NCBI GenBank assembly: GCA_002269645.1
Contig: NIVC01000185.1
Location: forward strand, 27,169-91,168
Length of the DNA stretch: 64,000 bases
Source of the DNA: Macrostomum lignano
Lineage: Eukaryota
Direction of reading: 5' to 3'
This document shows, in pieces, positions 12,356 to 24,294 of the stretch; within the stretch, counting starts at the first letter, position 1, and every line of letters starts with the position of its first letter. The notes under the pieces were generated by a model that was not told the origin of the DNA, made no database searches, and saw only the letters and a program-made list of their open reading frames with translations. The translations under genes and the position numbers were made by a program.

Positions 12356-15300
12356 TCAAAGCCGGGTCTCTTGGCCGCCAGCCGGAAATCCGTCGGGCAA
12401 CGGCAGTGCTGAGTACTGGCTGCGCCGCCGCCTGTCGGCCCGGCCGCCGCCGACTCCGCACAGGCAGCAAATGCACAGCGACATCACTATTGTGAGCAGC
12501 TGCGGGCGCGGTCATTGGGGGGCGGGAAATCTGTCAGTACTTAAATTGTTACACTTTATTATACGCTATTAGATGTAGCAAAATCCTGATTTTTAAAAGC
12601 TTTTAAAGCAATCCAAATTAAAAGGGTGAATGTATGATAACAGTTGATTTCTGTCGCCTCAAAGACAGGGCTCAAAGACCCCCGTGCAAACTAAATCATG
12701 TAAACTAACTAAACCTTAAATATTCGTACTTTAGGGCAAAAGTCGTTTTATTAGCCCTCTTACACCTCCCCCAGCTGAACCCTCCGACCGCTTCTTGCCG
12801 CACAAAACCTCTACCCTGCCCGCCTCCATTTAATTGCCTTTCTCGGTGTTCTATATCTAAAGCTGCTATGTACATTAAAAAGACTCATTTATTGGCCCTC
12901 TTAACTCCCCCCGGTTGAATTCCCCGACCGCGTCTTGCCGCACGAAACCTCTACCCCCCCGCTCGCCTCCATTTAATTGCCTTTCTCGGTGTTCTATATC
13001 TAAAGCTACTATGTACATTAAAAAGATTCATTTATTGACCCTCTTAACTCCCCCCGGTTGACTTCCCCGACCGCGTCTTGCCGCACGAAACGTCTACCCC
13101 CCCCCGCCCGCCTCCATTTAATTGCCTTTCTCGGTGTTCTATATCTAAAGCTGCTATGTACATTAAAAAGACTCATTTATTGGCCCTCTTAACTCCCCCC
13201 GGTTGACTTCCCCGACCGCGTCTTGCCGCACGAAACGTCTACCCCCCCGCCGCCCGCCTCCATTTAATTGCCTTTCTCGGTGTTTCAGCCAAATGCTGAC
13301 TGCCATGTACATTATCAGTGGCGCTGGCAAATGTACATTATGCCTTATAAGTCACTCTCAACTACCTTTCGTGTCGTGAAATAGCTTACGCATGCTTCCT
13401 TACTACTGAACTGAAAGTAGAAAAACTGTCAAGAAAACTGATAAAAAATCCACAGCCACAATTATTATGGTTCTGAGAACTGGCAGAGACTATTCAAATA
13501 TGCTTTGCCAATTAGCCTACTTATTATATAGTAGCGTGAAATGTTGCTCATTATGTGATACCAGTTCTAATTAAAGTCGTCCCTGGATATGGCTAGTAAT
13601 ATTATAAATTAATTACAATCTGCCCTATTTGGGCCAGATGTGCAACCGACAGCTCAGCCGCAGCTATTGCGCGGCGCATCTGAAGGCTGCGTACGGCTGT
13701 TCAGTCCAAGGACTGGGGGGGGGGGTCGCCACACCCTCAATTACCCCCCATCTAATGCTGGCACCCATTTTACAGCTGGGTGAACTGAAGCAATGCAGAG
13801 TTAGGCGTCTTGCTCAAGGACACAAATTGTTCCGAGTGGGTCACGAATCAAACCCTCGACCTCGTCGTGAGTCTGACGCTCTAAGTCAAACCACTAGGCT
13901 ACAACCCGCCCTTACTTGGCTATCAAACACAACGCTAAAACATTTTACATTACTAATGTAAAAGTACTAGGATAAGTTAAGGATAAGTAAGGATAAGTAG
14001 ATAAGAATCTACTAGGATAAGTAGAATAATCGGAAAACTAGCGAATTAATTCACCTCTAGCGCTGTCAGGCCAACAGAAACGAATAGGCCGATGCGGATC
14101 GCGCGCCAGGTAGTTTCCATGACAACGGAACGGCAGCCCTGGAATAAAGCGATTGAGGATAGCCATGTCGCATCTGAGCTTATATACTATTTAAGCTCGC
14201 GTCTACAACCCCATTTGAAGTTTAGCAATTGCCACTGGTTTTGGATAAAAAATCTACTATTAGCAACAAGTGGCGATTCACACCATGAGGGCCAACCCCC
14301 AAGGCACAGAGTGTACATGGCCTTACGATTAGAAAGTCAGGGGGCTGCTGTAAACCCTGTGGGAGCGAGTGCGCGCCTGCGTACAGCATTGGCGCGCTTG
14401 TGTGCCCAGGAGTCAGATGAGGAATAGGCAGAATCAGCGCCAGTTGTGGGACAATGTCATCTACAGCACCTTAAGCTAATGCTCACCCTATCATAGGCCA
14501 GCTCAAACGGCAGCGAGTACGGCTTGGGCTCGCACTCTGTAGGGCCCAGCTTCTCTGAGTTGCAGCAGGACCAAGGAATCTGCAGGGTATCGCCGCCTGC
14601 GGCCCCTCTGTAGTCCCTGTAGGACTGACCGCCGCAGCAGTAAAACTGAAAAATAAGAGATTTTCTTGATTGTCAAACTTTTGACCCCGTGTGCAGAAAT
14701 CAGAATAAGAAACAAGAAATAACAGAACCAACCCGCTTGTGAAGGATGTCCATTAGGCCAGCATTGCCATCATTACTATACTGATAGTTGCGCTGCCAGG
14801 TATCGAAGGACTCGCCAATCGTCTCTTTAACCTGAATTTGTATTTTTAGTATGATAGAAATAAGCTACTTACACTGTTCAGTAGTATTTTCTGTGTGTTA
14901 AATTAAATAAAAACATTTGTCCAGAAAAAATATGACCCGTAGAAGGGAGTTTTCTAACGTCAGATACTAGCATCCCCTTTGACCCTTGGCATCTCAGCAA
15001 CTTCACCCGTGAGCATTGGCATCAGCAACTTCACCCGTGAGCATTGGCATCGCAGTAACTCCAGCCGTGAGCCTTGGCATCAGCAACTTCACCCGTGAGC
15101 CTTGGCATCTCAGCAACTCCAGCCGTGAGCATTGGCATCTCAGCAACTCCACCTGTGAGCATTGGCATCTCAGCAACTCCACCCGTGAGCCTTGGCATCT
15201 CAGCAACTCCACCTGTGAGCCTTGGCATCTCAGCAACTCCAGCCGTGAGCATTGGCATCTCAGCAACTCCACCTGTGAGCATTGGCATCTCAGCAACTCC

Positions 15301-15829
15301 AGCCGTGAGCATTGGCATCTCAGCAACTCCACCCGTGAGCATTGGCATCTCAGCAACTCCAGCCGTGAGCATTGGCATCTCAGCAACTCCAGCCGTGAGC
15401 ATTGGCATCTCGGCAACTCCACCTGTGAGCATTGGCATCTCCCATCTCAGCAACTCCACCTGTGAGCAGTGTTAATAAAGCTCGGCAAGAAGCCACTGGG
15501 TAATGTCCCCAGCTATTTCCCTAGGCATAGACAGAAAAGACAAATGCAAATAAATCAGTGAGGAGTTGCATTACCAGAGCAGAATTGACTATCAGGGAAG
15601 CGGCCAGTGCCAGGTGGCTGGCATAGGTGGCAATCATGATTGGTACAAAGCTTGCCAGCAGGCATTTCTTAGGCCAGACAGCAGCGCAGACTCCCAACAG
15701 GCCAGCCAGTCCAAGGCACCCATGCAGGCCAATGCACACATACTTGGCTATAGCTGGCACCTCTTTGCTGAATGGTGGTTCAGCCAGCACCACATAGATT
15801 GCTGCACCACATAGGCCACTGCCGATTAC
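12356..15829 (-). CDS. Tetraspanin
   Basis: All exons are phase 0: 15575-15829 (VIGSGLCGAAIYVVL...GLLGVCAAVWPKKCLLASF..., TM1-TM3); 14733-14831 (VKETIG...MDILHKR); 14487-14645 (FYCCGGQ...IPWSCC, the CCG and PxSCC motifs); 14055-14138 (GCRSVV...LTALE); 12356-12499 (LLTIVMSLCICCLC...stop). A tentative first exon MPGPFGGKYVL|GTAAGT lies at 17583-17615 (low confidence). Confidence 0.93.
12745..13290. repeat. ~125-bp tandem repeat, about 4 copies, in a tetraspanin intron
   Basis: Repeated CCCCGACCGCGTCTTGCCGCACGAAAC...CCATTTAATTGCCTTTCTCGGTGTTCTATATCTAAAG units. Confidence 0.92.
13608..13910 (-). mobile_element. tRNA-derived CORE-type SINE, copy 1
   Basis: The minus strand has an A-box-like TAGCCTAGTGG and a B-box-like GGGTTTGATTC. 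These are followed by GTGTCCTTGAGCAAGAC...CTTCAGTTCACCCAGCTGTAAAATGGG, which resembles the MIR CORE domain. Homologous to the copies at 42.3 and 59.1 kb. Confidence 0.85.
14272..14460. repeat. Unclassified dispersed repeat (GAGGGCCAACCCCCAAGGC / TTAGAAAGTCA family)
   Basis: Aligns by eye with 57770-57950; partial copies at 32870-32905, 34472-34540 and 58990-59085 (inverted). Confidence 0.8.
14985..15470. repeat. 30-bp minisatellite (GGCATCTCAGCAACTCCAGCCGTGAGCATT), intronic
   Basis: About 15 tandem copies in the tetraspanin intron 14832-15574. Confidence 0.97.
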
Positions 15830-18800
15830 CTATGAATAGAGGTTAGGGTTTAACAAATTAAAACCAATGATATTAAAGCAAATAAAAAACATACTTTCAT
15901 TTTTAATTATGCTCATGTAATAAATAATGTAAAATTGTTTTACTATACAAGAATTTGTACTTATTATATTATATTTCCAATTTTTCTATGGGTTTCTACA
16001 ACTTTTTATATAATATCCTAAAAAAATAAAGTATAGAAATCATTAAAATAAAAAATATTAGATTTGTTATAATATAAAGTATAATATATAAATAGGTAGA
16101 TAAAAATTTATTAAAAATAAACTATTTAAAAGTTTAAAATTAAAATGAAATGTTATATTTTGCATGACTATGAGGTTTCTTAATTACAAACTAATCGCAT
16201 AATCTATATTCTAGCCTTTGACTTTTGCCAATAATTTTATAGATTACAAAACTATAAATATAACCAAATATTAGGCATTTATCAATTTTTAAAACAAATT
16301 TATTTTTATTTTTAATTTATATTGAAGATAAAAATACTGTTTAATTAGCAACAGTTCCTAAGTCACTAAAATCTTTATAAATGTGTTGCAAATTTTTTGT
16401 AAAGAAAACATCAGAAAAAAGAAAATAATAATTTTGAACTTTTATTTATTATATTAACTAGAAATGGCTAAAAATTGTAAATGGAAAAAAATAAAAAAAC
16501 TAACTATTAAACAAATAAGTTTTTGTTTTTATGCAATTATTTAGTAGCAAAATAACATTTCATATTATAAAAAATGAGTTAAAGTATAAACAAAAACTTA
16601 AATTTGTATACAAATTATTAAAATACACCCAAAAAGTATTTAATCAGTTAATGACTACCACTAGATCTCCTTTAAATAATTCCAGCCGTGAGCCTTGGCA
16701 TCTCAGCAACAATTATGTAAAAAGATTCACACATTGGATCTTAAAACAAAACACTAGGAATAGTATAGGACAAGTTAAAGTTACAGGTTAAAATTGTTAC
16801 TTACCACGAAAATTACATTGAAAATTACTAGAAGAATGCGAGTAAGCTTTAAACAACTTTCTTTCATTTTACTGCTGCTGTTACTGTTATAGCAGTAGCA
16901 GGCTAGAATTATTTGTTATTGTTACCTTGGGCTTGACTTATCACTTGCCACTTGCTTTCTATACACTTTATGAATAAAAAATATTATCTATATTTTCAAT
17001 CGAAATCTAAGCAATATATGTAAGAAAAAGTCATTCAGATTCAAGACTATATTTATCTGTTTGGCCTTATCAAAACTTCAAAACGATAAAAGCAATGGTG
17101 CTCAGAATGTATGATTTGCCGAAAGGGTCGACCCGAGTCCAGCCGCGATTTCTAAATATTTTCATAAGTTAAATTGTTGCCATTTTATTACTGCAATGAC
17201 GCCGGTGATATTACGCTTTTTGTTAAGGTTCACTTATACCACTGCGAGGCTCTTTATATGATTAAGGCCGGGAGGCCCATTATGTGTGATCGACTTGCAC
17301 ATCTCTCTCTCTCTCTCACTTCCTTGTACTTCAGTTTGGGTTGGGAATTAGTGGCTGAGCCTTTACGGTGTTTTTTTAGAGAATAGACAAAAATAGAATT
17401 TAAAGGCAATTTTAAAACTGCGAACAAAATCCAAAGCCAAGTTCGACTCTAGCTGCTGGCCAGCGATCGCAGATCATGGTCCAAAAATAATACTAGCTGT
17501 AGCTGTCAAATGTTAAAACTCTTGCCTATTGTAATTAACAGCCAAGTTTTTTCCTGTTATAGATCTTCTGCTTGAGACTTACAAGCACATACTTGCCTCC
17601 AAAAGGCCCTGGCATGAGCGTAAGGCTCAAATATCAGAATTCTCCGTGCCGAATATTATTCAAGGCAGTGTATTTAATATTCAACGAGAACGCATAGACA
17701 CAATGCAGAACAAAACCATAGCAGTGCAGTTTCTCTCCCCCCAAACCCCCCAAAGCATTTGCTGCGAGTCTTCTGTGCCACGCGCCCGCAGGCTGCTGGC
17801 GCGGCCCTCAAAACTTAGCTTCGCTATTGTCCCCCCTGGGCCTTGAGGCCAATTAACCAGTCTAGAGCTGATTTGCTCGGGCAGCCCCGGTCGAGACTCG
17901 ACAGAGGTCGCAGGGTCGCTGCGATGTAAGCTGCACTTTTCCAGTGCTTACAATAAGTGTGGGTGGAGTGTTAGCATTCCTCTACTGACAAAGTAGAGAG
18001 TAGAGGAGGTAAACGCAAAAATAGCCCAGTGTCGCATTGGCGAAGCATCCAATAAAAAAGTAGGGGCTACTACTTCTTACGCATATAGTTCTGATCAGGG
18101 AATACAGCATGGAGGCGTCGTTTCTTGTACAGGTGTACGCGTACATGTAGATCTTTGATACCTGTAAAACGTTTATGGATTTCTGATCTGGCGCAATTGC
18201 TTTTGATGGGAAAGATTTAGCTCGATTTTTAGCAATTACACATGCATGTACATGTACAATGTATTATTTAGATACTGTATTTAGTTTTTAGTAAATAGCA
18301 TTAAATTAGCTTTCAAAAAGAGAATTGAAAAGTAAAGTAAAACTCGAATGCCCATACATGTACTTCTGGATCAGGGGCATGTTGCTCTTATAGTTTTATT
18401 TGAATTCTGAAAATCAAATCCAGGTCCGAGGTAATTAGTAAGAAGCTGTTTTTATTTTCAAGCGTTTTTTTCCTTTTAATTAGATTGAGCTACTGCATGC
18501 GTTCCATTTTTGCGAAGAAAAAGGAATTGTAGCTGCATAAAGCCTTCTTATACTCAGAGTGCTGTAGTTAAGGCTAAGTCAGTGCATGTGCGTAAAAAAG
18601 CGAGTTAAATGCGGAAATGAAATAAAATTCTGTAAAAAACGTAAAGCAATTAAGATGATTAACATTGAAACAAACAAAATATTTTTCGCCCAATAACGGC
18701 GAATAATGCAAAGAAATGTTATATAAAACAATAAAGTCTAATCCTTCCCTGATCAGGTGTCGGAACGTTTTAAAAGTGGCGGACCAGGTACCATGATGCC

Positions 18801-21800
18801 CCCCACTTGGCCATGGCCCCCGCCCCCCGTCTAGAATGTCCATCCAGATTGATAATTGAAATCGAAATCCAGCAAGGACAGGGTTGGTGACCTGGCCATA
18901 CATAACCATACTGTACGAATGTATTTAAATCTGCTAAACTGCATGATCTGACTGGATTTGACGATCTGACGATGTTGAGAAAAAAATATTTTTTGTCCAG
19001 TATCAAATTATACTTTAAAACAAATCATAGATTTAAATTTTAGCAATTTCATCCGCTTATAGCGGAATAGAACAAGCGAGAATTTCGTGTGTTTCTTGTT
19101 TCTATTTTTTACAGCTTCTATCTAGAAATACTGTACATGTGAATCTACTCCGGACAAAAAGACATCCTTGCAAAACGGACGGTTTTGGTGCAGAGAGAAT
19201 GGTCAGTTAAAGTACTAAAAACTGAAAATTTCTTACCATGCAAATATCCTACATGTTGTATATATGTATGCCTAAGAAGTTTCCAGTTTTCTATACTGCC
19301 TTTAGTGACGGATTTTATTATTTGCTTTTTCTGAAAGCGCGCCCTACATCCAGGTGCAGGTGCGGGGTCCTGCATCTCTGCATGGCTTTACTAAGAACTA
19401 CTCAGACCTACGAACCCCGTCGCACGCTGCTACTGCCAATCAATAGCACGACCCGTCAGTGCAGCACTCCAGCGCCTCCTTTGGGTCCGGATTTAAATTG
19501 CTTTTATGTTTGTTTTAATCAAGCAGCATCCATTCCTAACACGCGTGCCGCCGACTTCGAGATATCGCATGACGTCACACTGTGAGTACAAGAGCCTGCC
19601 AGGCGGCGGTGACTTTGGGTGAAATTGGACTAGCTCCAAGTGTTGAGCACGATTCGACCGTGCCGCAATTGAAATTGTAATTTGAGCCAGGGAGTCGCGT
19701 CTGTTTGCCAACACGCAGAGATGGAGGTTGCTTGACCCTTGGTCAGGTCGAGAGTATTTGGCGGCTGTTTTAAAATTTGGGCCGCAATCTCAGCCTTGGA
19801 CTACTGAGAAATTACAATCAGAACTTGTAAGATGAACCAACAAATAGTGTAATTCCCTGTTAAGTCTAAATTCCCATATACTTGCACAGGAGTCAGTCTC
19901 CACTCGTATATTGCATCGCAGTTCGGCAAGACGTTTCTTTTACACATTCGCCACTGCTCAGACGCTTGAACGGTGCTTGCTTCCTTAGAAATTTATCAAA
20001 GGGCATGCACGGTCGGATGCAGACAGTGCCGTGTGCTTTTGCGCTGTTAGTTCAAAGACTCGAAAGACGAACGCGGCACAACACCGTATAAAGGACATGC
20101 GAGAAGACAGCAACACCAACACACAACGTAAACCAGCAGAGACAACACAGGAGCTCAAAAATACAAAACCAAGAGAGCAGCAAGCGAGAACTGCGGCCGA
20201 GAACTATCGCGGCAATAAATATGGCGAGACACAGAAGGTGCAAGTCACGATAATCACCAAGGTTCCACGCCTCGCGGAGACAAAAGGGAAGACAGGAAAT
20301 TCAGTTCAAAGCTTGTTCGTATTTTTTATACGAACAAGCTTTATTCAGTTCAGACTTATGGCAGCTAGCTTGCACTGTAGACTAGAATGCTATGCTGAAT
20401 GATTTTAGACAAGAAAAAATGGCTTGCTTTGATGCAATCGGCAGCCCATATCTTGAAGCAATTTCGTTGAACGCGGTCTGTTAAATTACAAGCATCAGCC
20501 TTTGAAAATGCTATTCGTCAAGATCTTATTGCTTGATTTCTGCTTTATAAGGAGCCAAATCTGGACAGCAAACGATCCCCAATTATCTAATATATATTAC
20601 TACTATAAAGATTGAGCTCTCTAGTTAAAGCCTCGTAATCCTGTAATCGGACCCTAAAGATCTCACGTACACAAGTTTGCGCGTGTCATTCTTAAGATCG
20701 AAGCGAATAGATGATAGACACCAAACTCACCGAGTAACATAAGTGGGCAAGATATAACGAAATGATATACCTGAGTGGCACACGGGAGGCAGGTACGATA
20801 AATTGAGTCCACTAAATTAATTTGCAAGCCAATTAGTTGCTAAAGGAAGGAACTGCAGCAAAATACTCAACGACTAATGGCAAAGTGTCCCCCGTGTACT
20901 TTGCTTTGTTCTTACTGACAGTGCATGCTGGAGAATATCCACCGCTATTACTGTGGTAAATACGACGTGCACTTTTACAAGTAGAAGTGCGCGCAACCAT
21001 AGACAAAACGGACAAACATTACATCAGACCCAATGGGTCAAGGGAGGTCAGCTGCTGGCTGAGCCTGTTTACGCTTAGTCACCAACAAATCCAAATCCAA
21101 ATCGTTTCCAGAATCAAAACTGCCTTGATGAGCTGCTGTTTCACTCTGTACTTTTACGCAACTGCCGTCGGCTTCGGGTCTTGAAATCTTATTCGCTCAT
21201 TAACTCGTATTTTTGAAGCGCGATGACCTTGTGAACAATTTTTAGCTGATTATCGAAAATTTAAGCAGACTAGCGTTTTTTTAGGAAGCTTTCTAGTCGA
21301 TTTCTGCTTCGTCTGCAGGGGAGAGTTATCGATTTTTAGTTCATTTCCAGGCATTGGCGCAGAGAAGCTGACCCCTTCCCGCTAGCTGCTATGCCGACTC
21401 AGATGAATCGGACAGGCCGAGGAGAAACGAAAGGAGCATAGCGACCGAATAATTGAATGGCTGGAAAGACAGACAGAGGGACGGGCAGACGGACAGACAA
21501 TAAGACATGCAGGTAGACATTGAAGACGGGTAGGTACTGAGAAAAACATACTCGAGGCAGCGAGACGGCATGTAATGAAATGACGCAGGGGATTGCAGCA
21601 AACGGACTTTCGACATGAAGTTAGTTACCATGAAGCTGTTGCAGATGCTGTTCAGAGGTTAACTGTAGCAGACTCCACTGTTTGCACCATCGTTCTGGCT
21701 TAGCTTAAAGCACTACTGCGCCGAATCGAACCACGCCGTTAAATTCTGTCTGCTGTACAGTGTTTTCAAGAGTCGCTTCTTTTCTACGAGCTATTCAGAA

Positions 21801-22416
21801 TTTGCATCCGGCCTGGCCAAGCCAGACGAAAAAGGGATCGTATTTCACGCCGAAGAGGATTCTGTTCTGTCAGACTGCTTTCCCCTGGCCTCCCGTCGGC
21901 GCGCTGGGCAAGACAAGGACGCGGTTTGGAATTCGTCTTACACGAAGCGTCGCCTTTCAACTCCTGTACTCAATAGTCGATGACGAAGCGGCCCGAGGCG
22001 GATTCTGTTCTGAACTGCTTCTCAACAGCTCCGCTACATGTAGATGACTGTTTTTTCTTCACTTACTGCTGCTAGACCTCGGGTAGCGATTCGTGAACGG
22101 GTTTTAAGACAGTTTTTTTTAAAGTAAACCGCCTCCGCTGCACCAGTAAAAAGCTGCTGGTGAAAGAAATGAAAGGAAATATAAGTAAAAACTGCTTTGC
22201 CTGCGGCTCTGGGTTTACGGACTAACGAGCCATTGTATATTTGCGAGTTGAAATGCCTGTCTCCAGGAAATTGTAACACTTTCTGGTACAGAATTTCCTT
22301 TTCATGCTTGGGGTGTCATCTCGGTTTCAATTTGCCATGCGAAAGTTACAATCGAATTGGGGTGACTTCTGTTTGATCAGCTGAGAATGCTTGACTGCGT
22401 GTTTTCAAACTGAAAG

Positions 22417-23111
22417 TCAGTCATCATTGCTGAAAAACCGCTTGCCCATGCGGATGTAGCTCGCTCGTTTGTCGGCTTCATCAAAGGGACGTTTGCCCAT
22501 GCGGATGTAGCTTGCTCGCTTGCCCATGCGGATGTAGCTTGCTCGTTTGTCGGCTTCATCAAAGGGACGCTTGCCCATGCGGATGTAGCTCGCTCGCTTG
22601 TCGGCTTCATCAAAGGAACGTTTGCCCATGCGGATGTAGCTTGCTCGCTTGCCCATGCGGATGTAGCTTGCTCGTTTGTCGGCTTCATCAAAGGGACGCT
22701 TGCCCATGCGGATGTAGCTCGCTCGCTTGTCAGCTTCATCAAAGGGACGTTTGCCCATGCGGATGTAGCTTGCTCGCTTGCCCATGCGGATGTAGCTTGC
22801 TCGCTTGTCGGCTTCATCAAAGGGACGTTTGCCCATGCGGATGTAGCTCGCTCGCTTGTCGGCTTCATCAAAGGGACGTTTGCCCATGCGGATGTAGCTC
22901 GCTCGCTTGTCTACATCCTGATTCGATGGCTTGTCGCAGTTATCACAGGCGAAACCGAAGCCCACCAAGGATGCGGCAATTAGTAGGAGAATCTTAGCCA
23001 GCTTTACCTGAAAGTTAACGATAGGTATTTGCGATTGGAACCTAGCCGAGACCAAAAAAGTCCCTGGTCACTATGTCAAATCTTATTGCACGATTGCGAG
23101 TTTCTTACCAT
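22417..23111 (-). CDS. Neuropeptide precursor encoding 11 copies of ASYIRM-amide (197 aa)
   Basis: ATG at 23109-23111 is followed directly by the donor GTAAGA. The 101-nt intron ends TTTCAG, and exon 22417-23007 gives MVKLAKILLLIAASLVGFGFA (signal peptide). There follow 11x KR-ASYIRMG-KR (Gly amide donor, dibasic sites) with 7 acidic spacers (6 PFDEAD, 1 SFDEAD). Confidence 0.96.
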
Positions 23112-24294
23112 TTTTGAGAGCTTCTCGCTGCGCTTTCCACCAGGTTCACTGGAAGTCTTGACTCTACAGAGAGCTGTGTCTTAAAGTTCCTTCGGGTGGG
23201 GGAAGACTGACATGGTACGGATAACCCCTGTTTCTCCCCATCGCTTCCAGCCAATCAGCATGCGAGCCAAGAAGCCAATCAACCGCGAGTGAAAATCTGG
23301 CTGACACGCACTCAGGTACTCCTCATAGCATTCCTAGCAACATACCTGGGTTCCCCTACCACCAAAACAGCTGGTGAAAAATAACTAGCCAAGACTTTCT
23401 TTGGAGCAAATATCCGTATTTAGAAACACTCAGTCTAACTGCAGCTGCAGTTTGTCAGCTGCCACTCCAGCAGCTCCTCGGGTTTTGTTCTCATCAATTT
23501 CTTGCTGCAGCCTTGAGTCTTCTTAAACAAAAGACCCTCTCACTGTTTACCTGCTAGCTAGAGAAGAGAGACAAATGTCGCCAAGTTTAGAGACACTTGG
23601 AGTAGCGACAAAATTATCTCATTGCGAACAGAAAAAATTTGATGGGAAAGGCAAACTAAAAGACAAATTAGCTTGCCTTTCCCGCACAGCAGAGCAGGTC
23701 CAGGCTTGAGTCATTATTCTCATAATAAAACTTCTAAATAAGGTAGGAAACAAAAGCCAAAATTTTTGAGAGCCAAGAAAATTCATGCAGAAAAATAAAT
23801 TCGCTCTGAAAAGTTCTGCGAGAGAAAAGTTTCAGATTGAAGTTCTTCAACCGCAAGCCGATCTCCCTTTCTTCCCCTTTACTCCCCCCTTCATTCAAGC
23901 ACAAATCCATCTTCTATCGCCGTCTTCGGTATTTGGGCCAAAACTTGACAAGGCATGATGAATGCGGCTGCAAAACGCTGCGTGCCACCTCACTTCTGAG
24001 CGCTTTGCCCGAATATGCTGATCAAATTCTGAGCTTAGTCTCACTCTGCTGGCCTGGACGCTCCGATGAACTGGGCGCTTTAAGCGTGCGCCATATTTTT
24101 TAATTCAATACTAACGAAACCGCTAGTGAAGGAGTCGGAGTTTCACTCTTTAGTGCAGGCTCAGAACTGATCGGCTGTTGCAGGCAACAATAACAAAACT
24201 TGAATAAATTTTCCAATGCATTCTCCCGGCATACACAGTTGTGGCTGCAATAAATCATCAACGCAAATGATGCGATGTGAGCATCCCTCTTGCC

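Noticed and set aside
20045-20410. Possible solo LTR (TGT...ACA ends, AATAAA)
   Set aside because: No target-site duplication and no second copy or internal retroelement sequence in the window.
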